Of a stretch of 64,000 nucleotides of DNA, positions 9,364 through 19,209 are shown one piece after another (position 1 is the stretch's first letter; every line of letters starts with the position of its first letter). Under the pieces are notes generated by a model that saw nothing but the letters and a program-made list of their open reading frames with translations, did no database searches and was not told the origin of the DNA. Both the position numbers and the translations under genes were made by a program. The stretch is from assembly GCA_963664825.1 (NCBI GenBank), contig OY761614.1, positions 2,176,001-2,240,000 on the forward strand, written 5' to 3'. Origin of the DNA: an uncultured Holophaga sp. (GTDB taxonomy: Bacteria > Acidobacteriota > Holophagae > Holophagales > Holophagaceae).

Positions 9364-10515
9364 ATGAAAAATGGATTTACCTGCATCCTGGTCGCGCTCT
9401 GCGCTTCGGTGGCTTCGGCCATCACGCCGGCGCCGAGCTTCAAGCTCTGGGTCGAGCGGATGGAATCCCGCAATCTCCAGGTGACGGCGGGATTGTGGGA
9501 TCTCCCCAGCGGAAAATTGCTGGAGGGCCATCAGATGGACCTAGCCCTGATTCCGGCCTCCACCACCAAGGTCCTGACTACCTACGCGCTCCTGAAGACC
9601 TGGAAGCCCAGCTTGGAAATTTCGACCGAGGTCTGGGGTGATCTCCAGGGCGGCACCGTTCGGGGGGACCTGGTCTTCAAGGGCAGTGGCGATCCCATGG
9701 TCACCAGCGAGCGGATCTGGATGTTCGTGCAGGAGCTCAAGGCCAAGGGCGTGCAGCGGGTGATGGGGCGGGTGCGGTTGGATCAGAGTGCCTTCGATGG
9801 GCAGCTCTATGGCAACGGGTGGGGCAACACCACCTCCGATACCACGCCCCCCATCCTGCCTCTTTCCGTGAATTTCAGCCGTGATGACGGCGGGCGCATC
9901 GTGCGCAATCCCGAGAAATTCGCGGTGGACGTGCTCACGCGCATCCTCCGGGATTCGGGGATTGCCGTGGAGGGCAACAGTGCCCCGGCCGGTGATCCCC
10001 GGAAGATCGCCACGCTCACGTCCCCGCCCCTGCGCCAGCTGATCCAGGGCATCAACAAGTTCTCCAACAACTTCATGATCGAGATGCTCGTCAAGCGCTT
10101 CGGGGATGGCGCGTGGCCCAAGGGAATTGCCCGGATCCAGGACTTCTACAAGGCCACGCTCGACCTGGGGCCCGACAAGATCGCCATCACCGACGGTTCC
10201 GGCCTCAGCAAGGAGAACCACATCTCGGCGCGCACCCTCGCCATCGTCCTGCGGGCGGGCTGGAACGATTTCGAAGTGGGTCCGGAGTTCGTGGATAGCC
10301 TCAAGATCATCGGCGGCGAGCCCTGGAAGCTGAAGGTCCAGGACGCCAACCTGACCCGCCGCATCCGCTGCAAGACCGGCCACCTCACGGGTGTCAGTTC
10401 CGTTTGCGGCTATCTCCAGACCCTGGACGGCAGGCTCCGGGTTTTCGCCATCATCCTCAACGGCGATGCGAAAGAGGATGACCTATGGGAGATGGTATCC
10501 CGTTGGGCCAATTGA
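9364..10515 (+). CDS. dacB: D-Ala-D-Ala carboxypeptidase/endopeptidase (PBP4, peptidase S13)
   Basis: PASTTK (SxxK), SNN, DGSGLS, KTG. Confidence 0.92.
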   Translation: MKNGFTCILVALCASVASAITPAPSFKLWVERMESRNLQVTAGLWDLPSGKLLEGHQMDLALIPASTTKVLTTYALLKTWKPSLEISTEVWGDLQGGTVRGDLVFKGSGDPMVTSERIWMFVQELKAKGVQRVMGRVRLDQSAFDGQLYGNGWGNTTSDTTPPILPLSVNFSRDDGGRIVRNPEKFAVDVLTRILRDSGIAVEGNSAPAGDPRKIATLTSPPLRQLIQGINKFSNNFMIEMLVKRFGDGAWPKGIARIQDFYKATLDLGPDKIAITDGSGLSKENHISARTLAIVLRAGWNDFEVGPEFVDSLKIIGGEPWKLKVQDANLTRRIRCKTGHLTGVSSVCGYLQTLDGRLRVFAIILNGDAKEDDLWEMVSRWAN

Positions 10516-10648
10516 GCCCTTCCAGGGAGACGAAGGCCGAGACCTGAGGCCTCGGGCATCCCGCAGGGATCCCGAGAGGATGATCTCAGGGGCAAACGGA
10601 ACTGGCGATCACTGCCCACCTTGGGGGATGATGGTACTGAGGATTGCC

Positions 10649-11026
10649 ATGGCCCGGATCGCCATCGTAGATGACAGTCACCTTGCGCGAATTTTTACGG
10701 CGAGTTGTCTGAGCAAATCAGGGCATGAGGTCGTGGAGATCGACCCGGTGAGCATCTTCGACGTGCTCAAGGTCCTGCGCGAGCACCCACCCCAGCTCTT
10801 GCTGGTGGACTACCTGATGCCCGGATGTCCCGGTGCCAGCCTCGTGCGCGCCTGTCGGGAGGATCCGGCCCTGAAGGAGGTCCCCATCCTGGTCCTCACC
10901 GCCCATCACGATGATGCGGTGCAGGAGCGGCTCGAACGCATGGGCGCTCTCGCCTTCCTTCACAAACCCTTCGAGCCCCAGTCCCTCCAGGAGGAGGTGG
11001 AACGCCTTCTGGAGGGAACAGACTGA
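10649..11026 (+). CDS. Single-domain response regulator
   Basis: IVDDS, LVDYLMP, LTA, KPF. Confidence 0.9.
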   Translation: MARIAIVDDSHLARIFTASCLSKSGHEVVEIDPVSIFDVLKVLREHPPQLLLVDYLMPGCPGASLVRACREDPALKEVPILVLTAHHDDAVQERLERMGALAFLHKPFEPQSLQEEVERLLEGTD

Positions 11027-11030
11027 CGTG

Positions 11031-11912
11031 ATGGGAGCGCGCAAGGGGCTGCCGGCCCTGCTGGCCGGTGCTGCAATTCTCGGTTTCGCGGCCATCTTCG
11101 TGAGATGGGCCGTGGGCGTCAGCCCCCTGGCGGTGGGCTTCTACCGGATGCTCATTGCCCTTCCCCTGGTGGCTCTCCTCGCCCTCCGAGAAGGTGCGCC
11201 CGGCCGAGGGGCCTGGAAGGGCCTCGCCTGGGCGGCGCTGGGAGGCCTCTGCTTCACGGCCGATCTCTGGCTCTGGCACCAGGCCCTCCACTGGACCACT
11301 GCTGCCAGCGCCACGCTCCTGGTGGGACTGGCTCCGCTCTGGGTGACGCTGGCGGGCGTGTGCTTGCTGCGCTTCCGCCTGAGCCTCTGGGGGTGGGTGG
11401 GATTGGCCCTCGCCCTCGGTGGCGCGGCCCTCCTCGCCCTGGCCGCGGGAGCTCATGTGGGCGGGGGCAAGGGCGAATTCCTGGGATTTTTGGCCTCCTT
11501 CGGATACGCGGGCTACATGCTGTCCCTCTCCCGGGCCCGGCGCAGCCTCAGCGCCCCCTGGGCCCTGACAGGGGCCGTGGCCACAGCCACCGTCGCCTTC
11601 GGGCTCCTGAGCTTTGTCCAGGGGGGCAGCATGGGCGGCTATCCCCCCAGGGCCTGGCTGGCCCTGCTGGGTCTGGGACTCCTGGTGCAGGTGCTCGCGT
11701 GGTGGCTCATCACCTGGAGCTTCGGCCATGTCTCGCCCAGCCTGGGGGCCTTGGGCCTCCTCTTCCAGCAGGCCGCCACGGTGTTGCTGGGTTGGATGCT
11801 GCTTAAAGAAGCTCCAGGCCCCGTGCAGGGCCTAGGCATCCTCTTCATCCTCGCGGGCATCGCCCTGGCCGCCACCCATCCCCCCGTGCCCGAAGCCCCT
11901 GTGCTGCCTTAG
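11031..11912 (+). CDS. EamA/DMT family transporter
   Basis: About 10 hydrophobic segments in two EamA-like halves. Confidence 0.88.
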   Translation: MGARKGLPALLAGAAILGFAAIFVRWAVGVSPLAVGFYRMLIALPLVALLALREGAPGRGAWKGLAWAALGGLCFTADLWLWHQALHWTTAASATLLVGLAPLWVTLAGVCLLRFRLSLWGWVGLALALGGAALLALAAGAHVGGGKGEFLGFLASFGYAGYMLSLSRARRSLSAPWALTGAVATATVAFGLLSFVQGGSMGGYPPRAWLALLGLGLLVQVLAWWLITWSFGHVSPSLGALGLLFQQAATVLLGWMLLKEAPGPVQGLGILFILAGIALAATHPPVPEAPVLP

Positions 11913-11924
11913 TCGCCGACTCTG

Positions 11925-11970
11925 TCCTTGTCTTCTCGTTCCGCGAAGATCTCGGCGGAGCGCCCCCAGG
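11925..11970 (-). repeat. Diverged copy of the 3' end of the ABC ATPase gene (12094-12139)
   Basis: 38/46 nt identical; reads WGRSAEIFAEREDK versus gene WGRFAEIFAYREDK. Confidence 0.85.
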
Positions 11971-12074
11971 TCCCGACTCCGAGAGCGCAAGCCGAAGGCG
12001 CAGCGCGATCGGGAGCACGCCGCAGTGCGGCGTGCGATAGGAGGGAGAGTGGCCTGGGGATGTGGGGACCCGGG
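11971..12074. repeat. REP-like multi-hairpin intergenic element
   Basis: gcacgccgca-g-tgcggcgtgc and gcc-gaa-ggc hairpins, with flanking ggtccc/gggacc. Confidence 0.5.
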
Positions 12075-13367
12075 CTATTCGAAGGTGAGGACTTCCTTGT
12101 CTTCGCGGTAGGCGAAAATCTCGGCGAAACGGCCCCAGGCCACCAGCGTATCGAAGGTGAGTTCGGGGTCTTCCATGGGAAGGCGATCCGAGATCTCCTG
12201 GATCAGCTCCTCCTTGGGGAGCTGGCCCTCCCGCAGCTCCAGGAGATCGTGCACGACGCGGAAGATCTTCAGCTCGAGCAGCTGATCGCGCCAGATGAGC
12301 TTGCGCTCGTCCATGCCCCCCTGCACGAAGCGCTTGCCGAGGACCGTGAGCTCCACGCTGCGCTTGGGGGTATCGACCAGCTCCAGCATCTCGAGGCCCT
12401 TCACCGTGGTGAGCACTTCCCCGAAGGGGACATGGGTATGGGCCACGACCTGAAACAGATCGCAGACGCCTCCCTGGGCGTCGAGGAATTCCAGAAGGCC
12501 CAGCATGTCGGCATTCTGGGCATTGGGCAGAGGCTCGACGATATCCTGGCTCTCCATGGTGGGCTCCACCGTGCTCACGGAGATATCCGGCAGCTCGGCG
12601 CTGGTGATGATGTCGTGGAGCTGGTCCACCAGGCGCAAGAACTCAGGCGAGCGCATATTGCGAGGCCTGGAGAGCGGGTTATCCACGATGGTGCGGACGC
12701 GGCCGGGATTGGCCGAGAGCACCACGATGCGATCGGCCATGTAGGCCACTTCCTTGATGTCGTGACTCACCATGAGGATGGAGGAAGGGTTGCGTTCCCG
12801 GTCGTCCCAGATATCCAGGATCTCCGCCCGGAGGCCTTCGGCCGTGAGGGCGTCCACCTGGCTGAAGGGCTCGTCCATGAAGAGGATCTCGGGATCCACC
12901 GAGAGGGCCCGGGCCATGCCCACCCGCTGTTTCATGCCGCCGGAGAGTTCGCGGGGATAGGCCTCCTCGAAGCCCTCCAGGCCCACCATGCGGATGGCCT
13001 TGTTGGTGCGTTCCTTGACGGTGGCTACGTCCAGACCCTTGGCGCGCAACACGGCCTCCACGTTGGCCTCCACCGTCATCCATGGATAGAGGGCGAAACC
13101 CTGGAAGACGATGGACACGCCGGGGTTGAGGCCCTCCTGCTTCTTGCCGCGGTGGCGCACCTGGCCCTTGGTGGGCTCCAGGAGCCCGGCGAAGATGCGC
13201 AGGATCGTGCTCTTGCCGCAGCCGCTGGGGCCGATGAGGGCGATCACCTCGTTGGGGCGCACATCGAGATTGATGTCCTCAAGCACGCGGAGAGGATTGC
13301 CCGTGCCACGGTTGAAGGATTTCTGCACGCCGCGGAGTTCGAGGATGGGGGTCTCTTCAGAAATCAT
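12075..13367 (-). CDS. NitT/TauT-family ABC transporter ATPase with C-terminal AAA-associated domain
   Basis: GPSGCGKST, LSGGMKQRV, MDEPF; about 170 aa C-terminal extension. Confidence 0.92.
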   Translation of the reverse strand: MISEETPILELRGVQKSFNRGTGNPLRVLEDINLDVRPNEVIALIGPSGCGKSTILRIFAGLLEPTKGQVRHRGKKQEGLNPGVSIVFQGFALYPWMTVEANVEAVLRAKGLDVATVKERTNKAIRMVGLEGFEEAYPRELSGGMKQRVGMARALSVDPEILFMDEPFSQVDALTAEGLRAEILDIWDDRERNPSSILMVSHDIKEVAYMADRIVVLSANPGRVRTIVDNPLSRPRNMRSPEFLRLVDQLHDIITSAELPDISVSTVEPTMESQDIVEPLPNAQNADMLGLLEFLDAQGGVCDLFQVVAHTHVPFGEVLTTVKGLEMLELVDTPKRSVELTVLGKRFVQGGMDERKLIWRDQLLELKIFRVVHDLLELREGQLPKEELIQEISDRLPMEDPELTFDTLVAWGRFAEIFAYREDKEVLTFE

Positions 13368-13376
13368 GGATCACCT

Positions 13377-15122
13377 CTACTTCGTCAGCGAATAGTGGGT
13401 CTGGGAGAGCCTGTAGAGCGGCTTCCAGACGATGCGGTTGAAGATCACGACCATGGCCGACATCACCAGGACGCCCGCCGCCAGGAGGCTGAGGTCCTTG
13501 TGGTAGGCGGCGGAACTGACCATGGAACCCAGTCCGAAGGTGGAGAGGGTGGCCCCCTTCATGTCGTAGTATTCGGCCACGATACTGGCGTTCCAGGCCC
13601 CTCCCGCCGCCGTTACCCAACCCGTCACCAAGTAGGGAAAGGTGGCCGGGAGATAGAGCACCTTCAGGCGCTGCCATTGGGGGAGCCCGAAGCTGACAGC
13701 GGCTTCCTTCAGGTCTCCCGGGATCGCCATGGCGCCCGCGATGACATTGAAGAGGATGTACCACTGGGTGCCCAGCAGCATCAGCACCACGCATCCGTAG
13801 TTCAAGCCCACACCGATGTGGGCCAGGGTCGCGATGACCAGGGGAAAGAGCATGGGCGCTGGGAAGCTGGCGGCCACCTGGACCACGGGCTGGAGGCTTT
13901 TGGAAAGCCGAGGGGAGAGCCCGATGGCTAGGCCCGCCGGTACGGCCCAGAGGGTGCCGAGGGCCGTCGAAACGACAACCCGCGAAAGGGTCAGCCCGCC
14001 GGCCTTGAGGAGGATCCACCAATGGGGCCCTCCCACGTGGGCGAGGAACTTGATGAGTCCCAGGGAGCAGAAGAGGACGAGGATCATGAGCGCGGCGAGG
14101 GATGCGTTGGAGGCCCAGCGCTGCAGGCTCCAGCCATGCACGGAGTGGGGGCGAGGCGCACGCGTCTTCTGGACTTTGAGCTTGGGATGCTGGCGGCGCC
14201 TGATGCGCCGCGCCTCCATCCAGCGGATGAGGCGAGAGCGGCGCAGGAGCTTCAGGAGCCAGCTCTGGGGGGCCTCGGCCTGGGCCGTCTCCTCCACCCG
14301 GAAACGCTGGGCCCAGACCACCACGGGCCGCCACAGGACCTGATCCAGGAAGACGATCATGACGACCATGGCCACGATGGCCGCGATCATGGCCAGGGTG
14401 TTGCCCCGCTCCACCGCGACGCTCATGTACGAGCCCAGGCCCGGCAGGCGGAAATCCTTATCCCCCAGCTTGAAGGCTTCCGTGATCATCAGGAAGAACC
14501 AGCCCCCGGCCATGCTCATCATGCTATTCCAGACCAGGCCCGTGGTGCCGTAGGGCAGTTCCACCCAACGGAAGCGCTGCCACCAGTTGAAGCGGTAAAC
14601 GGTGGCTGCCTCCTGCATTTCGGCCGGCACGGATTTAAGCGAGTGGTAGAGGCTGAAGGTCATGTTCCAGGCTTGGCCCGTGAAGATCATCACCACCGCC
14701 GCCAGCTCCAGGCCGAGATTGCTGCCCGGGAAGAGCGCCACCAACCCTAGTACCAGGCCCGGCATGAAGGCCAGCACGGGGATGCTCTGGAGGATATCCA
14801 GGATGGGCACCAGCAGCTTTTCGGCCCGCTGATCCTTGGCCGCCCAGAAGGCGTAGACCAGGGTGAAGCCCAGCGAAAGCACGTAGGCCGCCAGGCCTCG
14901 CATCATGGAGAAGAAGGTGTATTTGGGCAGGGCCCAGATGGAGAGATTGATCTCGACGACGGGGCGGTGGACCCCCGTCCACTGGCGTCCCAGCTGCACC
15001 AGTCCATAGAGGAGGGTGAAGCCCATGAAGATGACGAAGAGATCGACGATCCGCCTTCGGCGGAAGGGATAGAACAGGGCGTTGGCTTGCCCCCAAACCG
15101 TGTCGAAGAAGCGATTGATCAT
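13377..15122 (-). CDS. ABC transporter permease with duplicated permease domains
   Basis: Two EAA loops (MQEAATVY, LKEAAVSF); 581 aa, multi-TM. Confidence 0.9.
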   Translation of the reverse strand: MINRFFDTVWGQANALFYPFRRRRIVDLFVIFMGFTLLYGLVQLGRQWTGVHRPVVEINLSIWALPKYTFFSMMRGLAAYVLSLGFTLVYAFWAAKDQRAEKLLVPILDILQSIPVLAFMPGLVLGLVALFPGSNLGLELAAVVMIFTGQAWNMTFSLYHSLKSVPAEMQEAATVYRFNWWQRFRWVELPYGTTGLVWNSMMSMAGGWFFLMITEAFKLGDKDFRLPGLGSYMSVAVERGNTLAMIAAIVAMVVMIVFLDQVLWRPVVVWAQRFRVEETAQAEAPQSWLLKLLRRSRLIRWMEARRIRRRQHPKLKVQKTRAPRPHSVHGWSLQRWASNASLAALMILVLFCSLGLIKFLAHVGGPHWWILLKAGGLTLSRVVVSTALGTLWAVPAGLAIGLSPRLSKSLQPVVQVAASFPAPMLFPLVIATLAHIGVGLNYGCVVLMLLGTQWYILFNVIAGAMAIPGDLKEAAVSFGLPQWQRLKVLYLPATFPYLVTGWVTAAGGAWNASIVAEYYDMKGATLSTFGLGSMVSSAAYHKDLSLLAAGVLVMSAMVVIFNRIVWKPLYRLSQTHYSLTK

Positions 15123-15214
15123 GGCGGATCCAGAAGCTTGGGAAGGTCCGGGTCTCCCCGTATTTCTTCCGACAAGTGGTGGGACCTGGTCCCATTCCGC
15201 TGAGCTGCCCTAGG

Positions 15215-15262
15215 CTAGCCCAGCCACGAAGGAGGTTCATCGATAGTGCGCTGAGTACTCAT
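15215..15262 (-). CDS. Putative leader peptide MSTQRTIDEPPSWLG
   Basis: AAGGAGG RBS 5 nt before ATG; TAG at 15215; ends 92 nt upstream of the permease start. Confidence 0.6.
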   Translation of the reverse strand: MSTQRTIDEPPSWLG

Positions 15263-15275
15263 CGAAACCTCCTTC
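15228..15275 (-). promoter_or_regulatory. Hairpin pairing the leader RBS/ATG with its own IDEPPS codons
   Basis: Minus strand gaaggaggtttcgat...atcgatgaacctccttc. Confidence 0.65.
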
Positions 15276-15413
15276 CTGGAACGATGCCTATTGGCAGAAT
15301 GGCCTGAGCCGAGCGCTGCGGTCAACCCAGAAAGGTGTCACGGATTTCTTGAGTCGGGCCAGCCCCACGGTCACACTTCAGGGAGCCTTTCGCACCGGGT
15401 TTTGGAGCTCGCC

Positions 15414-18400
15414 TTGGATTCTGGACAGCCCATCCAGCTCGTTGGCATGGCCCTCGTCCGGGGGCTGCTGGACGAATCGGCCCTGCGGGAGGCCCTGGAT
15501 TCGGGGCAGGAACTCCTCGAGGCCCTGAAGGCCCAGGGGCGCCTGGATGCCGAGGATCTGAAGGATCTCACCCACCTGGTGGAGGGCGAGGCGAGGGTCC
15601 CGGAATCGAGCGATCAGCCGACCACCCCTCCCTTGGCTTCGGGCAGGGGCGGGGATCCCTGGGGGAGCCTCCCTTCCGCGGGGGAGGAGACTGATGGCAC
15701 GGGCCATCAGGTGCTCCGGGTCCTGACCCTGCCGGCCTGGAAGCAGTACCGCAATCTCCGCTTCGTGGCCGAGGGCGGCATGGGGCGCGTCTTCAAGGCC
15801 TTCGATCCCACCCTGAAGAGGATGGTGGCGCTGAAATTCCTGCGCCGGGAGGATCCAGAACTGGTGGCGCGCTTCGTCTTGGAGGCCCAGAACCAGGCCA
15901 AGGTGGAGCATCCCAATATCTGCAAGGTCTTCGAGGTGGGCGAGTGGCAGGGCCAGAGCTACATCGCCATGCAGTTCATCAAGGGCGAAACCCTGGAGGC
16001 CGCCGCTCCCGCCATGAGCCTGGAGGACCGGGTGAAGGTGATGGAGGCCGTGGCCGAGGCCATCCATGCGGCCCATCGCCAGGGCCTCATCCACCGGGAT
16101 CTCAAGCCCGCCAATATCATCGTGGGAGCCGGTGAACACGGTCCCAAGCCGATGGTCCTGGATTTCGGCCTAGCCAAGGGCCTGGAGGCCACGGGGCTGA
16201 CGGTGCAGGGGCTGGTGATCGGGACTACGCACTACATGGCGCCCGAACAGGCCCGGGGGGACCACGCCCATGTGGGGCGCCGCACGGATGTGTACGGATT
16301 GGGGGCGACCCTCCACAAGGTGCTCACGGGCCAGGCGCCCTTCGCGGGCAGCGGGGGCATGGATGTGCTGCGCCGCACCTTGGACGAGGATATCCCGACC
16401 CTGACGCGCCTCGTGCCAAGCCTCCCCGAGGATCTGGATACCCTCGTGCGCAAGTGCCTGGAGAAGGACCCAGCCCGCCGCTATGAGAGCGCGCTGGCGG
16501 TGGCCGAGGATCTGAGGCGCTGGCGGGAAGGGGAGCCCATCCTGGCCCGCAAACCCACCCTGGGCTATCGGGCGGGGAAATGGGCCCGCAGGAACAGGCT
16601 CCTGGTGGGTGTGGCGGGGGTCGCCCTGGTGGCCCTCCTGGTGACCGGCGGTATGGGCCTCTATGCCGCCGCCACCGCCCATGCCCAGGCGCGCTACGCC
16701 CAGCACTTCGGCCAGGAAGCCGAACGCATCGAGGCCCTGCGGCGCTACGCCTGCCTGCTGCCGCCCCATGATGTGGGCACCGAGCAGGCCCATGTGCGGG
16801 TGCGCCTGATGGCCCTGGAATCGGAAGCCCGGCGGGGGGGGCGCTTGGCCGCGGCTCCTGCGGCCTACGCCCTGGGGCGGGGCCATCTGGCCCTGGGGGA
16901 TATCGAACAGGCGAAGGTGCTCCTGGAAAAGGCCTGGGCCGGGGGCCTGCGCACCCCCGAATTGGCCCTCGCCCTGGGGCGGGCCCTGGCCCTGAACTAC
17001 CAGCGGGCCCTGGATTTGGCTCGGGCCCTGCCCTCCAAGGAATTGCGGGAGGCCCGGGAGCGGGAGCTGGCCCGGGATCTAAGGGATCCAGCCCTCGCGC
17101 TATTAAGGGAGGGGGCTTCCGCGGCCCTGGAATCCCCTGCCTATTACCAGGCCCAGGTGGCCTTCATGGGGGGGCGCTGGGAGGAGACCCAGATCCTGGC
17201 CCGGCAGGCGCTGGCCTCCACCCCCTGGCTCTTCGAGGCCAAGCATCTGGAGGGGCAGGCCCTGTTGGAATCGTCGAGGAACCTGGCCGATCCGGCCCAG
17301 GCCCTGGAACGTCTCAGCCAGGCGGAGGGGGCCTTCGTGGAGGCCCGCCACCTGGGTCCTAGCGATCCCTTCACGGCCCTGGACGAGGTGAAGGTCCTGG
17401 CCGAGCGGGCGGCCCGGGAGCTGGCCTCCGGGCGCCAGGCCGAAGCCACCCTCCTCCGGTGCCGGGTAGCCGTGGCCCGGATGCGGATCCTGCGCCCTCG
17501 GGGCGGCGAGGCCCCGGCCTGCCTGGCTCGCGCCCTGGGCTCCTGGGTTGAGCTGAGGCCCCCCCAGGAGCCCGCCACCCGCTCCGCCCTGGCTGAGGCC
17601 CTGGCCCTTTCCGGTGAGGCCCTGGAACCGGAGAATCCCTCCGTGCTGATCATCCGGACGTCCCTGCTGCTGACTGCGGGCCGTCAGGAGGGGCAGAGGG
17701 GAATGGACCCCATGCCCCTCTGGCGAGAGGCCCTGGAACTGGCCCGGAAGGCCCAGGCGAACCACCCCCAGGAACCGGCCTTCGGGGTCCTGGTGGCCAG
17801 CGCCTGCATGCGTAAGATGACCTGGGAGATCAATACGGGCACGCCCCCCTGGGCCAGCTTCGAGGAGGGCCTCCGCCAGGCCCAGACCCTCCGGGAACGC
17901 TTCCCAGAACTCGCGGGATCCTATCAGGGGTTGGCTGCCCTCTGGGTGGAGCGGGCGGAATTCGAGCGCATCCATGGCCTGGACCCCCGACCCTCCGTGG
18001 CCGCGGCCCTGGAGGTCCTGGCCGCCGCCGAGGCCCGGGGGCTTCGATTCAAGACCCCCGGCTGGACCAGGGGAGATTCTCATGTCATCAGGGGAGGCTA
18101 CCTCTTGGCTGTACAGGGGGATGGCGAGGAGGACTTCCACAAGGCCGCCGCCGCCTACCGGGAGGCGTTTCAGGCCAATCCGAACCTCTTGACCGCTCTG
18201 GGTGGCATCGCCGGGGCTCTGATCGGCGTGGCCCAGAGCCGTCTGGAACGGGGCCTGGATCCCGGCACCGCCCTGGCTGAGGCGGAGGCCAGTCTGGACC
18301 ACATCGGCGCTGCGTCTTCGGATCAGGATCAGAATCAGAACCTCTACTGCCGGGGGGGGCTTGCCCTCCTGCGGGGCCGCTGGGCCTTGGCTTGCGGGGC

Positions 18401-18743
18401 TGATCCGGGACCCCAGTGGATCCGGGCGGAAGCCGCCTTTCGGAAGTCCGCGGCCCTCTCCGGTCGCGCCGATGCCCATGTGGGTCGGGCGGAGGTACGG
18501 GCCCGCGCCTTCCTGCGTTGGGGTCGGGTTCAGGACCGGGTGCAGGCCTTGGCTGCGGCCCGGGAGGCCCTGAAGCGGGACCCCCTGCGGGCCGAGGCCT
18601 GGCTCTGGATCGCCACTGTGGAGCAGGAAGTGCTCCGGCGGGGGGATCGCGAAGCTGGGCCCCGGGCTCGGGAGGCCTGGGCCAAGGCCCTCAGTCTGGA
18701 TGCCAATCTGGGACGCTGGGCCAAGTTGCTCGGGAAGCCCTGA
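15414..18743 (+). CDS. Membrane Ser/Thr (Hanks) kinase with large TPR-like helical C-terminal region
   Basis: GGMGRV, VALK, HRDLKPAN, DFG, YMAPEQ; TM LLVGVAGVALVALLVTGG; start uncertain (TTG 15414 after GGAG, or 15291). Confidence 0.9.
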   Translation: MDSGQPIQLVGMALVRGLLDESALREALDSGQELLEALKAQGRLDAEDLKDLTHLVEGEARVPESSDQPTTPPLASGRGGDPWGSLPSAGEETDGTGHQVLRVLTLPAWKQYRNLRFVAEGGMGRVFKAFDPTLKRMVALKFLRREDPELVARFVLEAQNQAKVEHPNICKVFEVGEWQGQSYIAMQFIKGETLEAAAPAMSLEDRVKVMEAVAEAIHAAHRQGLIHRDLKPANIIVGAGEHGPKPMVLDFGLAKGLEATGLTVQGLVIGTTHYMAPEQARGDHAHVGRRTDVYGLGATLHKVLTGQAPFAGSGGMDVLRRTLDEDIPTLTRLVPSLPEDLDTLVRKCLEKDPARRYESALAVAEDLRRWREGEPILARKPTLGYRAGKWARRNRLLVGVAGVALVALLVTGGMGLYAAATAHAQARYAQHFGQEAERIEALRRYACLLPPHDVGTEQAHVRVRLMALESEARRGGRLAAAPAAYALGRGHLALGDIEQAKVLLEKAWAGGLRTPELALALGRALALNYQRALDLARALPSKELREARERELARDLRDPALALLREGASAALESPAYYQAQVAFMGGRWEETQILARQALASTPWLFEAKHLEGQALLESSRNLADPAQALERLSQAEGAFVEARHLGPSDPFTALDEVKVLAERAARELASGRQAEATLLRCRVAVARMRILRPRGGEAPACLARALGSWVELRPPQEPATRSALAEALALSGEALEPENPSVLIIRTSLLLTAGRQEGQRGMDPMPLWREALELARKAQANHPQEPAFGVLVASACMRKMTWEINTGTPPWASFEEGLRQAQTLRERFPELAGSYQGLAALWVERAEFERIHGLDPRPSVAAALEVLAAAEARGLRFKTPGWTRGDSHVIRGGYLLAVQGDGEEDFHKAAAAYREAFQANPNLLTALGGIAGALIGVAQSRLERGLDPGTALAEAEASLDHIGAASSDQDQNQNLYCRGGLALLRGRWALACGADPGPQWIRAEAAFRKSAALSGRADAHVGRAEVRARAFLRWGRVQDRVQALAAAREALKRDPLRAEAWLWIATVEQEVLRRGDREAGPRAREAWAKALSLDANLGRWAKLLGKP

Positions 18744-18744
18744 A

Positions 18745-19032
18745 TCAGGGCCATTCGGTAGGGAGGCAGAAGGTGGTCTTCAGGACCATGACGGGCTCCC
18801 CTCCGGGTGTCGTCTCATCCTCGGCGTTCCGGGGCTTCGCCTTGGGGCATTTCCGGTCCCGCACTTCCTGCTCCTTCTCCGGGTTCTTCTTCACGTCCCT
18901 GTAGAAGTCCGCCAGCACATCCCAACCTGCCTGGTTCCAGAAGAGGGCACATTGCGCGTCGGTGTCCACCTGGAAGGTGTGATCCTGCGTGCCGTCATTC
19001 ACGGTCACGACAATGGAAACAAGCTTATTCAT
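18745..19032 (-). CDS. 95-aa hypothetical protein ending in CLPTEWP
   Basis: GGAGG RBS, GC3-rich codons, AT-rich upstream promoter region. Confidence 0.8.
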   Translation of the reverse strand: MNKLVSIVVTVNDGTQDHTFQVDTDAQCALFWNQAGWDVLADFYRDVKKNPEKEQEVRDRKCPKAKPRNAEDETTPGGEPVMVLKTTFCLPTEWP

Positions 19033-19108
19033 GGCGCCTCCGATCAGCCCGCGTGGGCGGGCGGGAATGCCACGAGTTTACATGAAAAGTTCAGGTAGTA
19101 TATTTAAT

Positions 19109-19180
19109 TCAGGGTCTTGGTACGGCTCCCAGCAACCCACGGATGACCTCGTCGGTACTGATTCCACCAGCCTCAGCCTC
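19109..19180 (-). repeat. Diverged copy of the moxR 3' end (19210-19281), including the stop codon
   Basis: 59/72 nt identical; EAEAGGISTDEVIRGLLGAVPRP* versus EAEADGVSTDEVIRALVGAVPRP*. Confidence 0.92.
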
Positions 19181-19209
19181 TCAGCATCGGCTTCGCCGAT
19201 ACCGAGACC

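Noticed and set aside
11928..13931. Long antisense ORFs (also 3995-5878, 20531-22225, 48302-50383, 50348-53032)
   Set aside because: Shadow frames opposite well-supported genes in GC-rich DNA
18321..18342. gatcag/aatcag short tandem (DQDQNQN) in the kinase
   Set aside because: In-frame, degenerate microsatellite too short to suggest phase variation
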